Assembly (NCBI GenBank): GCA_963761175.1 | Contig: CAVXFZ010000003.1 | Location: 132,261 to 196,260 of the forward strand | From: an uncultured Actinomycetes bacterium | GTDB taxonomy: Bacteria; Actinomycetota; Acidimicrobiia; IMCC26256; PALSA-610 | Direction: 5' to 3' | Length of the DNA stretch: 64,000 nucleotides | In this document: piece by piece, positions 37,677 through 47,574 of the stretch | Position numbering within the stretch: the first letter of the stretch is position 1 | How the letters are laid out: each line of letters starts with the position of its first letter | Translations under genes and position numbers: made by a program | The notes under the pieces: model-generated | Seen by the model: only the letters and a program-made list of their open reading frames with translations | Databases searched by the model: none | Told to the model about the DNA's origin: nothing

Positions 37677-39493
37677 ACACCGGCTTGCATGACGTTCGGG
37701 CGCGCTTCGAGCGCACGATCGCGGGGCGGTCGGTCGCGCGGCAGTTCGCCGACACCGTCGCGGAGTTCGGGTCTCGTGTCGCGTTGCGCGCGAAGAACGG
37801 CGACGACGGGTTCTCGGAGTGGACGTGGGACGAGTACGCGGCGCGCGCGGCGCGGCTCGCAGGCGCGCTCGGGGCGCTGGGCGTGAGTCCCGGGGATCGT
37901 GTCGTGCTCCTGATGCGCAACCGACCCGAGTTCCACGTCGCCGACGTCGCGGTGTTGCTGTGCGGCGCGACGCCGGTCTCGATCTACAACTCCTCCGCGC
38001 CCGACCAGATCGCGTACCTGGCCGGCCACTGCGGCGCGGTCGCCGCGATCGTCGAGGACGGCGTGTACCTCGAACGGGTGCTGTCGGTGCGCGCCTCGCT
38101 ACCGCACCTGCGCCACGTCGTGCTCGTCGACCACGTCGAGGCCGACGTTCCTCCCGGCGTGGAACGGTGGGCCGACCTGCTCGGGCACGCGCCCGTCGAT
38201 CTCGACGCGGCCGCGGGCATCGCGCAACCGTCGGATCTCGCGACCGTGATCTACACGTCGGGGACGACGGGACCGCCGAAGGGTGTGATGCTCGACCACG
38301 CCAACGTGCTCTGGACCGTCGAGTGCTACCGGGCGACCGTCGACGTCGAGCCCGGGTGGCGGGCGGTGTCGTACCTGCCGATGGCGCACATCGCGGAACG
38401 GATGTCGTCGCACTACCTCGCGATCGGCGTCGCCTTCGAGGTCACGACCTGCCCGGAGGCGGGCCAGGTCGTGTCGTACCTCACCGCGACCCGGCCGCAG
38501 ACGTTCTTCGCGGTGCCCCGTGTGTGGGAGAAGGCGTACGCGACGCTCCAGGCCGCCGTGGCCGGTGACGCGGGCCAGGCCGCGGAGTTCGAGCGCACGC
38601 TCGCGGTCGGCTGGGACGTGTCGGAGCTGCGGGCGCGGGGCGAGGAACCGTCGGGCGATCTCGCGGCCGCGTTCGAGACCGCCGACGCGACGCTCGGATT
38701 CGTGCGTTCGCTGCTCGGGCTCGACCAGGCCGTCATCTGCGTGACCGGCGCGGCACCGATCCCGTTCGAGATGCTGCGGTTCTTCCGCGGGCTCGGGTTG
38801 CCGCTGTCGGAGATCTACGGGCTCTCCGAGACGACGGGACCGATGACGTGGACGCCGTTCCGTGTACGCGCCGGCACGGTCGGCCCGCCGATGCCGGGGA
38901 TCGAGGTGCGGCTCGCGGAGGACGGCGAGGTCTGCTGCCGGGGTGGCAACGTGTTCCGCGGCTACCTCGACGCGCCGGAGCGCACGGCCGAGGTGGTCGA
39001 CCCCGACGGTTGGTTCCACAGCGGCGACATCGGCGAGTTCGACGAAGCCGGCTACCTGAAGATCGTCGACCGCAAGAAGGAGCTGATCATCACCGCCGGC
39101 GGCAAGAACATCTCGCCCGCGAACCTCGAGGCGGCGCTGAAGGCCGGTGCGCTCATCGGCCAGGCCTGCGCGATCGGCGACGATCGCCCGTTCGTCTCCG
39201 CGCTGCTCGTCCTCGACCCGGAGGTCGCGCCCGTGTGGGCCCGCCAGCACGGGATCGACGCACCCTTCGCGCAGCTCGCGTCGGTGCCCGAGGTCGTCGC
39301 CGAGGTGCAGCGCGAGGTCGACTCGGCGAACGAGCGCTTCTCGCAGGTCGAGAAGATCAAGCGCTTCAAGCTCCTCACCGACGAGTGGCTCCCCGATTCG
39401 GAGGAGCTCACTCCCACCATGAAGCTGAAACGCCGCGGCGTGCACGCGAAGTACGCGCGGGAGATCGAGGAGCTCTACGGGACCGTGTCGTAA
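37673..39493 (+). CDS. Long-chain fatty acid--CoA ligase (AMP-binding)
   Basis: YTSGTTGPPKG, YLPMAHIAER, YGLSE, GWFHSGD, DRKKELIITAGGKNI, LTPTMKLKR. Confidence 0.93.
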   Translation: MNTGLHDVRARFERTIAGRSVARQFADTVAEFGSRVALRAKNGDDGFSEWTWDEYAARAARLAGALGALGVSPGDRVVLLMRNRPEFHVADVAVLLCGATPVSIYNSSAPDQIAYLAGHCGAVAAIVEDGVYLERVLSVRASLPHLRHVVLVDHVEADVPPGVERWADLLGHAPVDLDAAAGIAQPSDLATVIYTSGTTGPPKGVMLDHANVLWTVECYRATVDVEPGWRAVSYLPMAHIAERMSSHYLAIGVAFEVTTCPEAGQVVSYLTATRPQTFFAVPRVWEKAYATLQAAVAGDAGQAAEFERTLAVGWDVSELRARGEEPSGDLAAAFETADATLGFVRSLLGLDQAVICVTGAAPIPFEMLRFFRGLGLPLSEIYGLSETTGPMTWTPFRVRAGTVGPPMPGIEVRLAEDGEVCCRGGNVFRGYLDAPERTAEVVDPDGWFHSGDIGEFDEAGYLKIVDRKKELIITAGGKNISPANLEAALKAGALIGQACAIGDDRPFVSALLVLDPEVAPVWARQHGIDAPFAQLASVPEVVAEVQREVDSANERFSQVEKIKRFKLLTDEWLPDSEELTPTMKLKRRGVHAKYAREIEELYGTVS

Positions 39494-39525
39494 CCGGCCG
39501 GCCCCATTTCAGGGTCGCGGTTCGG

Positions 39526-40308
39526 CTACGCCTCGGGTGCCGTCTCGACGCGGTCCGCACCGCGCCGGCGTGCCTCGTCGAGTGCCTTGCCCGCCTGCGC
39601 GACGAGCTCGGCGGCGCCGAGCGCGTGCGTCGGGTAGCAGGCGACACCCGCGGAGACGGTGAGCGAGTCACCGACCGGCGAACCGAGGAGCGTCCCCCGG
39701 ACCCGTTCCGCGGCCCACACCGCGCCGGTCTCGGACGTGTCCTCGAGGATCGCGCCGACCATGAGGTCGCCGAGGCGGCACGCGCTGTCGCTCTCGCGGA
39801 GCGTGCGTCGAACGACGTCGCCGACGACACCGAGCGCCTGGTCGCGGGTGACCGCGTCCGCCGCGTGCAGCCCGTCGATCTCGAAGATCACCACCGAGAT
39901 CGGTCGCAGCGACCGCCGCGCCGCGGCGACCTGCTGCTGGACGAGCACGGCGAAGTACCGCTCGTCGTAGAGGCCCGTCGTCGAGTCGAAGGCGTGCTCG
40001 GATCCGGCGACGGGAATCTGGTCGTCGCCGTCGCGCCGGTTCGCCTCTTCCTCGAGGATCGCGGCGACGGCGTCGAGCTCCCGGTGCAGTCGCTGCACGT
40101 CGTTGAGCGAGCCGGCGAGGCGGGCTTCGGTGTGGCGGAGCTGGGCGGCCAGCGCCGCGCCCGCCGCCGCGGCGACGACCCCTGCCGCGCCCGCGATGAC
40201 CCCGAAGGCGGGTTGGCTCACGACGACCGTCAGCACGCCCGTCGCCAGCGCGACGATGGCAGCTGCGATCGAGAGGACGAGGCGCCGGTCGACCATGCGC
40301 CTACTCAT
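39526..40308 (-). CDS. Membrane protein with a degenerate GGDEF domain
   Basis: Two TMs, coiled coil, DSTTGLY, VSAGVA.YP, A..AL..A....G.D; active site reads RLGDLM. Confidence 0.8.
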   Translation of the reverse strand: MSRRMVDRRLVLSIAAAIVALATGVLTVVVSQPAFGVIAGAAGVVAAAAGAALAAQLRHTEARLAGSLNDVQRLHRELDAVAAILEEEANRRDGDDQIPVAGSEHAFDSTTGLYDERYFAVLVQQQVAAARRSLRPISVVIFEIDGLHAADAVTRDQALGVVGDVVRRTLRESDSACRLGDLMVGAILEDTSETGAVWAAERVRGTLLGSPVGDSLTVSAGVACYPTHALGAAELVAQAGKALDEARRRGADRVETAPEA

Positions 40309-42323
40309 CGGCCACGCGAGGTGCCTGCCTGAGCCTTCGTGTCCCCGTCGACGCCCGTTGAGGTGCCATTCAGAACCAGATCGGCGATGTCGTCCATGAT
40401 CCCGGCCAACCGGTAGTCCTTGGGGGTGTAGACCCGGGCGACCCCCGCCGCCAGCAGGGTCGCCCGATCGGCCTCGGGAATGATCCCCCCGACCACCACG
40501 GGCGACTCGACACCCTCCGCGCGCAGCAGGGCCACGGTCGCGGGCACGAGCGCGAGGTGCGACCCCGACAGGATCGACAGGCCGACGACGTCGACGTCCT
40601 CGTCGCGGGCCGCCGCGGCGATCTGCTCCGGGGTGAGCCGGATGCCCTGGTACACGACCTCCATCCCCGCGTCGCGGGCCGCGACGGCGATCTGCTCCGC
40701 GCCGTTCGAATGGCCGTCGAGGCCGGGTTTGGCGACGAGGATCCGGATCGGGTGGCGGCGCCCGCGATCGGCAGCCTGCACGCGGTCGCGTACGGCGAGC
40801 ATCGATGCCGACGTCGTCGCGGTGACCCGCCCGATGCCGGTCGGCGCGCGGTACTCGCCGAAGACGGCCCGGAGCGCGCCGGCCCACTCTCCGACGGTGC
40901 CGCCGGCGCGGGCCAGCGCGATCGTCGGGCCCATGAGCTCCGCGTCCGGCGCCGACGCCGCGTCGCGCAGTGCGGCGAGCGCGGCATCGACGGTCGCGCC
41001 GTCGCGCTGCGCACGCCAGGAAGCCAGCGCCGCGACCTGGTCGTGCTCGGCGGCCGGGTCGACGACGAGGAACGAGGCCTCGCCCTCGAGCTCCTCGGTG
41101 AGCGGCGACGGCGCCGACTCGGTGAACGTGTTCACGCCGACGATCGGGATCTCGCCCGACTCGATGCGTCGCACCCGCTGCGCGTGCGACTGCACGAGCT
41201 CGCCCTTCAGCTCCTCGATGTTCGCGAATGCGCCACCGGCGGCGAGGATCCGCTCGAACTCGGTCCACGCGGCGTCGGCCAGCTCCGCGGTCGTGCGCTC
41301 GATCACGACGGAGCCGTCGAAGATGTCGTCGTACTCGAGCAGATCGGTCTCGAGCGCGAGCACCTGCTGGATGCGCAGGGACCACTGCTGGTCCCACGGC
41401 CGGGGGAGACCGAGCGCCTCGTTCCACGCCGGGAGTTGCACCGCTCGCGCCCGCGCCCGCTTCGAGAGCGTGACGCCGAGCATCTCGAGCACGATGCGCT
41501 GGACGTTGTTCTCCGGCTGCGCCTCGGTGAGCCCGAGCGAGTTCACCTGCACGCCGTAGCGGAAGCGCCGGGCCTTCGGGTCGGTGACGCCGTACCGCTG
41601 CGCGGTCAGGCGGTCCCAGAGCTGCGTGAACGCGCGGACCTTGCAGACCTCTTCCACGAAGCGGATGCCCGAGTTCAAGAAGAACGAGATCCGCTCGACG
41701 ACACGGGGGAGGTCGGCTTCGGCGACGCGGCCCGACCTGCGTACCGCGTCGAGCACGTCGGTGGCGGTCGCGAGCGCGAAGGCGATCTCCTGCACCGGAG
41801 TCGCGCCGGCCTCCTGCAAGTGGTACGAGCACACGTTGATCGGGTTCCACGCCGGCACGTGCTCGACCGTGTAGGTGACGAGGTCGACGGTCAGCCGCAG
41901 CGACTGTTCGGGCGGGAAGATGTACGTGCCGCGCGACAGGTACTCCTTCATGATGTCGTTCTGCGTCGTGCCGGCGAGCCGCGCCGGATCCACACCGCGC
42001 TCGGCGGCCAGCGCGACATAGAGCGCGAGGAGCCACATCGCGGTCGCGTTGATCGTCATCGAGGTGTTCATGTCCTCGATCGGGATGCCATCGAAGAGCG
42101 TCCGCATCTCCGCGAGGGTCGGTACCGGCACGCCGACCTTGCCGACCTCGCCGCGTGCCATCGGATCGTCGGGGTCGTAGCCGGTCTGGGTCGGAAGGTC
42201 GAAGGCCACCGACAACCCGGTCTGGCCGCGCGCCAGGTTCGTGCGGTACAGCTCGTTCGAGGCTCGGGCCGACGAATGCCCCGAGTACGTACGCATCACC
42301 CACGGACGGTCCCGGTCGGCCAC
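40305..42323 (-). CDS. meaA: Ethylmalonyl-CoA mutase (B12-dependent, MeaA/Ecm)
   Basis: PWVMRTYSGHS, AFDLPTQTGYD, GTTQNDI.KEY, KPGLDGHSNG cobalamin-binding motif. Confidence 0.94.
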   Translation of the reverse strand: MADRDRPWVMRTYSGHSSARASNELYRTNLARGQTGLSVAFDLPTQTGYDPDDPMARGEVGKVGVPVPTLAEMRTLFDGIPIEDMNTSMTINATAMWLLALYVALAAERGVDPARLAGTTQNDIMKEYLSRGTYIFPPEQSLRLTVDLVTYTVEHVPAWNPINVCSYHLQEAGATPVQEIAFALATATDVLDAVRRSGRVAEADLPRVVERISFFLNSGIRFVEEVCKVRAFTQLWDRLTAQRYGVTDPKARRFRYGVQVNSLGLTEAQPENNVQRIVLEMLGVTLSKRARARAVQLPAWNEALGLPRPWDQQWSLRIQQVLALETDLLEYDDIFDGSVVIERTTAELADAAWTEFERILAAGGAFANIEELKGELVQSHAQRVRRIESGEIPIVGVNTFTESAPSPLTEELEGEASFLVVDPAAEHDQVAALASWRAQRDGATVDAALAALRDAASAPDAELMGPTIALARAGGTVGEWAGALRAVFGEYRAPTGIGRVTATTSASMLAVRDRVQAADRGRRHPIRILVAKPGLDGHSNGAEQIAVAARDAGMEVVYQGIRLTPEQIAAAARDEDVDVVGLSILSGSHLALVPATVALLRAEGVESPVVVGGIIPEADRATLLAAGVARVYTPKDYRLAGIMDDIADLVLNGTSTGVDGDTKAQAGTSRGR

Positions 42324-42376
42324 GGCTCCATTCTCACGGCTGGTGCCGTTCGTGTCACCTCGAGCGGGCATCGGGC

Positions 42377-45014
42377 TCAGCTCGAGGCCATGCGGTTCGA
42401 CATGCCGGCCGCCGGCTCGACCGCGTCCGGGATCTCACCCGAGAGCACGATCGGCGCGAGGTCCGCGCGCCGGTGGACGTCGAGCTTCTCGTACACGCGC
42501 TGCAGCAGGTTCTGCACCGTTCGCACCGTGATCCCGAGCCGCTGCGCGATGAGACGGCTCGAGTGGCCGCGCGCGGCGAGCATCGCGACCTCGCTCTCCC
42601 GTCGCGTGAGGAACTGCGGACGGTCGCGCAACGCCGGCGTCGGCGGCCCGTCGACGCCCGTCACGAACTCGCGCGCGCGCGCCGCGAGCCGCAGCGCCAC
42701 CTGGCGCTCGCCGCGCTCCTTCGCGATCCGGCTCGCCTCGACCGCAGCTTCGGCCGCCGACACGTCGAGGCCTCCCGCGGCGAAGCGTTCCGCGACCTCG
42801 CCGAGCGCGACGACGTCGAGGTCGTCGAGCGCGACGGCGTGCGCGAGGAACTCCTGGGCGACCCGTGGCCGCTGCTCGCACGCCAGCTCGGCGAGACGTG
42901 GCCGAGCCAGCGTGGGCCGGCCGAAGCGAACGAGGTCGTGGACGACGTAGGCCTCCAGACCGGCGTGGGCGCCGTCGCGCAACGCCGCGCCCGCGAGGAG
43001 GGAGCACTCGACCGCGCGTCCGAGGTCGCCCGCCATCGCGTGCACCCAGCTGCGCGCCTGGAGGGCGAGCCCGTGCGCCCGCGGGAAGACCTGCGTGTCC
43101 GTTGCGTCGATCTCCGCGAGCAGGGTGGTGGCCGCCTCCTCCTCGCCCGCGAGCGCCAGCGCACGCGCGAGCAGGAGATCGGTTGCCTCCATCGAGCGGG
43201 GAAAGTGCCCCCGCCACCGTTCCCACATGCTCGAGAGGATCGCGAGCGGCTCCGCGAACGCGGCCGCGTTCGAGCAGCGCGAACGCGAGGCTCAACGCGT
43301 GACCGGCTGCGACGGCCTGCTGGTTCGTCGCGAGCGCCGTGTGCAGGAGGTCGCGCGCGAGCGCCTCGGCGCCGACGAGGTCGCCGCGGAAGATCCGGGA
43401 GCGGGTCAACGCCTGCTGCAGGCGGACTTCGGCGGGGATGCGCAACTGCGGGTGGGTCTCGAGAAAGGCGAGCCCGGCGTTCGCGACCGCGTCGGCCCGT
43501 TCGTGGTCACCGGCCCAGCTCGCGGCACCGGCTTCGGCGATCGTGGCGTTGAGGTAGACGCGCGGGTCGTCGGTGCGTTCCCGCACCTCGGCCGCGGCGG
43601 CGATCGCCGGCGGGAGATCGACGTTCGAGAGATGCGTCGCGCGGTCGGCCGCGAGCGAGTCGCGCCGCACCGGATCGACGATGGCCGCCAACGCCTGGTC
43701 GATCACGGCGAGCGCGGCCGGCACGTCGTGACTGTCGAGGACCAACCGGGTCGCGTGCGCGAGCGCCACGTCGGCCCGTTGCGCGTCGGAGGCGGCGGTC
43801 TCCGCCAGTTCCCGGAAGAGCCGCTCGCCGTCGACCTGATGGGATCCGTACACGGTCTGCGCGGCGACGAGGCGCGACCCGAACTCGGTCTCCGACTGCA
43901 TCGATGCGCGCTGCAGGAGCCCGACGAGCTCGGGCGGGAACGCGTCGCGTGCGGTGCGCGCGAGACCGATGAGGAGATCGGAATCGACGGGACGGCCGGC
44001 GTCGAGCTGCCAGCGGGGGATGTTCGCCAGGTCCTCGTTGCGCAGATCGCCGTCGCGGCCGACGATGTCGAGGAAGCGGGCCGCGATGCGGCGCCGGTCG
44101 AGCGCGGAGATCGCCGCCGCGACGACCGGGGCGTACATCGGATGCGTGAAACCGACGTCGGCGTCGCGGTCGTTCGTGACGATGGAGACGAGGGTCCGGC
44201 GCTCGAGCTCGCTCAATGCGTCGATGCACTCGAACCGTTCGAGGGCGCTGAGCGCGATCTTGCCGCCGACCGCGAGCACGCGTGCAAGCTCCTTCTCGGT
44301 CTCGTCGCGGAGCGCGAGGCGCGCCTCGACGCACTGGCGCAGCCGACTCGAGGTCCAGACCGGTCCGGTGACCGTGAAGCCGTGTGGGCCGGGCACGAGC
44401 GAACCGTCGGCGAGCGCTCCGAGCACGAGCTCGCGGATGTAGCGCGGGAACCCGTTGGTGAGCCGCTGCACCACACTGCGCGCGCCGTGGTCGAGCGGTC
44501 CGCCCGCGAGCGCGGCCGCGAACGCCGCGGTCGCGTTCACATCGAGCGGTTCGAGCTCGACCCGGGTGGCGACGTCGGCACCCCACAACTCCACGAGGGC
44601 CGTTGGGGCGAGGTCGTTCGCGTGGACGATCGCGACGACCGTCGTTCCCGCCCGCGCGAGCCGCAGCACGAGGGTCGCGGTGAGATCGTCGAGGTGCTCG
44701 CCGTCGTCGACGACGAGCCAGCCGTCGCCGATCGTCTCCAGGTAGTGGTGCTCGACCTCGTGGAGGTTCGCGGCCGAGGCCGGGACGCGGCCGGTGGCGC
44801 GGGGAGAGAGGGTGCCGAAGGGGACGGTGGCGAGCGCGGCGGCCCCGATGATCCATTCGGTGGAAGGCGGCTGGGCGGCGGCGATCAGCCCGCGGACCAG
44901 GCCCGTCGTTCCCACGCCGCGCCGGCCGGCGATGACCACGCTGCGGTGCTCGGCGAGCTCGCCGAGCAGCCGCCGGATGACGGGTTCCCGGCCGACCATC
45001 CCTGGGGCGTCCAT
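42377..45014 (-). CDS. Large ATPase-containing LuxR regulator, LAL/MalT-like (frameshift near 43258)
   Basis: VGRE, degenerate Walker A GRRGVGTT, LVVDDGEHLD, helical repeats, C-terminal LTRRESEVA...IA..L...RTV.N.L..VY.KL HTH. Confidence 0.87.
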
Positions 45015-45063
45015 CGAACCAGCCTACGCATCACGTACCGTCGTAAGTAGTACCAGCTTCATC

Positions 45064-45085
45064 CATGAGCAATTCTCTGCTCATG
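45064..45085. promoter_or_regulatory. Perfect inverted repeat upstream of the LuxR gene
   Basis: CATGAGCA-ATTCTC-TGCTCATG. Confidence 0.5.
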
Positions 45086-45122
45086 ACGGCGGTGCCGAGC
45101 GAGCGCAGACTCGCTCCGCAAC

Positions 45123-45187
45123 GAGCGGACGTACGGGCGAGAACCGGGTTCGAGTGTGGGGCCGGCTCTCGCCCGCACCGTCCGCTC
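45123..45187 (-). terminator. Long hairpin at the 3' end of hbd
   Basis: GAGCGGACG..CGGGCGAGA.CCGG / CCGG.TCTCGCCCG...CGTCCGCTC. Confidence 0.5.
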
Positions 45188-46037
45188 AGCGGTAGTCGTA
45201 GAAGCCTTCGCGCGTCTTGCGGCCGAGGCGCTCCGCGCTGACCATGCGGCGCAGCAGCGGTGCGGGCGCGAAGTTCGGGTCGCGGAACTCGGCGTAGAGG
45301 GCCTCGAGGATCGCCAGGCTCGTGTCGAGGCCGACGAGATCGAGCAGCGCGAGCGGTCCCATCGGGAAGTTGCAGCCGCCCTTCATCGCGGTGTCGATGT
45401 CGTCGCGGGTCGCGACGCCGGCGTCGAGCAACTTCACCGCGTTGTTGAGGTACGGGAAGAGCAGCGCGTTCACGATGAAGCCGGCCTGGTCGCGGACCTG
45501 CACGGCCTGCTTCTCGCAACTCTCCGCGAACCCGACCGCGGCGGCGACCGTCTCGTCCGACGTCGTGATCGCCCGGACGACCTCGACCAGGGCCATCGCC
45601 GGGGCGGGGTTGAAGAAGTGGATGCCGCAGACGCGGTCGGGCCGGCCGGTCTCCATCGCCAGTTCCACGACGGGGAGCGTGCTCGTGTTCGTCGCGAGGA
45701 TCGTGGTCTCCCCGCAGATGCGGTCGAGCTCGTTGAAGACGTGCTGCTTCGCCGCGAGGTCCTCCACGATCGACTCCAGCACGAGGTCGCAGTCGGCGAG
45801 CTCGCTGAGGTCGGTGACCGCGCGGACGCGACCCAGGATCGCGTCGCGCTCGGGCGCCTCCATGCGGCCCTTGTCGACCTGGCGCGTGAGCGACTTCTCG
45901 AGTCCCGCGACGAGCGCGTCGGCGCTCGACTGCGCGCGGCTGCGGACCACGACCTCGAAGCCGGCCTTGGCGCAGACCTCCGCCAGGCCCGAACCCATGA
46001 TCCCCGACCCGACGACTCCGACTCGTTTGACCGTCAT
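45186..46037 (-). CDS. 3-hydroxybutyryl-CoA dehydrogenase
   Basis: GVVGSGIMGSG, ATNTSTL, GIHFFNP, GFIVN, PMGPL.LLD.VGLD, GRKT..GFY. Confidence 0.94.
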   Translation of the reverse strand: MTVKRVGVVGSGIMGSGLAEVCAKAGFEVVVRSRAQSSADALVAGLEKSLTRQVDKGRMEAPERDAILGRVRAVTDLSELADCDLVLESIVEDLAAKQHVFNELDRICGETTILATNTSTLPVVELAMETGRPDRVCGIHFFNPAPAMALVEVVRAITTSDETVAAAVGFAESCEKQAVQVRDQAGFIVNALLFPYLNNAVKLLDAGVATRDDIDTAMKGGCNFPMGPLALLDLVGLDTSLAILEALYAEFRDPNFAPAPLLRRMVSAERLGRKTREGFYDYR

Positions 46038-46096
46038 CGTCGAAGGTTACCGGGCGGTAGTTCCCGCGGACCAGGGCCATGGGTCAGGATGCACCC

Positions 46097-46798
46097 ATGA
46101 CGGTTGCACGCAAGGCGCGCGGGACGCTCGCGCTGCTCGGGGGCGGGGAGTGGACGGATGGCTGCCGCCCGATCGACGAGCTCCTGCTCGAGATCTCGGG
46201 CGCGGACGAGGTCGTCGTGCTGCCGACCGCGGCCGCCTTCGAGCGGCCCGAGCACGCGGTCGAGCGGGCCGAGGCCTGGTTCGGCGGCTTCGGTGTCCGG
46301 GTGCGGCCGGTGATGGTGCTCAACCGCCGCGACGCGCAGGACGACGCGCTCGTGAAGGCCGTGAAGGGCGCCGCGTTCGTCTATCTCTGCGACGGTTCGC
46401 CCCTGCACCTGCGATCCGTGCTGAAGGACTCCGACCTGTACGCGGTGCTCGCCGGCGGGTACCGCAGCGGCGGCGTCCTCGCGGCGTCCGGCGCGGGCGC
46501 GACCGTGCTCGGCGACCCGATGGTCGACCCGCGGGGCGGCGCGTACACCGTCGGGCTCGGGCTGGTGGCGAACCTGGCGGTCTTCCCGTACCACGGCACC
46601 GCCGCCGCGCACCTCAAGCAGCGCTCCGTGGAGCTCCTCGCGGAGCACGCGGTCCTCGCGGGCATCGACGAGCACACCGCCCTCGTGCGCCCGCCCGACG
46701 CGCCGTGGTGTGCGCTCGGAGCCGGCGCGGTGACGCTCTACGCCGAGGGCACCCAGACCGCGTATCAGGACTCCGAGATCGCCACCTTGAAGATGTAG
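46097..46798 (+). CDS. Cyanophycinase/peptidase S51-like class I glutamine amidotransferase-fold protein
   Basis: LALLGGGE, VVLPTAA, GLGLV, GIDE.TAL; the nucleophile region reads ASGAGA. Confidence 0.8.
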   Translation: MTVARKARGTLALLGGGEWTDGCRPIDELLLEISGADEVVVLPTAAAFERPEHAVERAEAWFGGFGVRVRPVMVLNRRDAQDDALVKAVKGAAFVYLCDGSPLHLRSVLKDSDLYAVLAGGYRSGGVLAASGAGATVLGDPMVDPRGGAYTVGLGLVANLAVFPYHGTAAAHLKQRSVELLAEHAVLAGIDEHTALVRPPDAPWCALGAGAVTLYAEGTQTAYQDSEIATLKM

Positions 46799-47574
46799 AC
46801 GGTCCGCGTCGGGGTGCCGTCGGTCGCGCCGAACGACTCGAGCGTGCGCGCGACGTCGAGACCCTTTGTGACCTCACCGAAGCGGGCGTACTGGTCGGGC
46901 AGCGTCGTCCCGTCGGTGCCGGTCACCACGTAGAACTGCGACCCCATCGTGCCGTCGGGCTCCTGCGACGTCTTCGCGGCGGCGAGCGCGCCGATCGGGT
47001 AGCCGTCCTTCGGTGTCTCGCCCTTCACCGAGTAGCCGGGCCCGCCGGAGCCGTCGCCCTTCGGGTCGCCGCCCTGGATCACGAAGTTCGGGATGATGCG
47101 GTGCCAGGTGAGCCCGTCGTAGAAGTGCTGCCGGGCGAGGAACACGAAGTTGTTCGTCGCCACCGGGGCGTTCTTCGCGTCGAGGGTGGCGGTGATCGTG
47201 CCGCAGGACGTCGTCAGGGTGGCGGTGTACGTCTTGGTCGCGTCGATGGCCATCGCCGGCGCCTTGGTGAAGGTCGGCCGGGTCGCCATCGGTGCGGGCT
47301 TGGTGGTGTTGCACGCGGTCTTCGTGAACGCGGGGAGCGCGGTCGTCGGCGCAACCGATGTCGTGGTGGTCGCCTTGGTGGTGGTCGTCGCCTTCTTCGG
47401 CTTCTTGCTCCCAGTCGCGACGAGGAGCGCCACGACGCCGGCGATCACCGCGACGAGGACGGCGCTGGTGATGAACGAGCGCCGCTGGCGGTGCCGCTTG
47501 AGCGCCGCCTCCCGTTCCGCCCGGGCCGAGAGCTTGTTCTCGCGCTTGCGCGCTCGCCGGTCTGCCTTGCTCAT
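46765..47574 (-). CDS. Membrane-anchored cyclophilin-type peptidyl-prolyl isomerase
   Basis: Basic N-terminus plus TM, AP..NNFVFLA, WHRIIPNFVIQGGDP, GSQFY, FGEV. Confidence 0.92.
   Translation of the reverse strand: MSKADRRARKRENKLSARAEREAALKRHRQRRSFITSAVLVAVIAGVVALLVATGSKKPKKATTTTKATTTTSVAPTTALPAFTKTACNTTKPAPMATRPTFTKAPAMAIDATKTYTATLTTSCGTITATLDAKNAPVATNNFVFLARQHFYDGLTWHRIIPNFVIQGGDPKGDGSGGPGYSVKGETPKDGYPIGALAAAKTSQEPDGTMGSQFYVVTGTDGTTLPDQYARFGEVTKGLDVARTLESFGATDGTPTRTVYIFKVAISES

Noticed and set aside
45141-45153. Second LexA box (GAAC-CGG-GTTCG)
   Set aside because: The spacer is 3 nt rather than 4 and the site lies within a hairpin; a half-site near 62425 is also incomplete.
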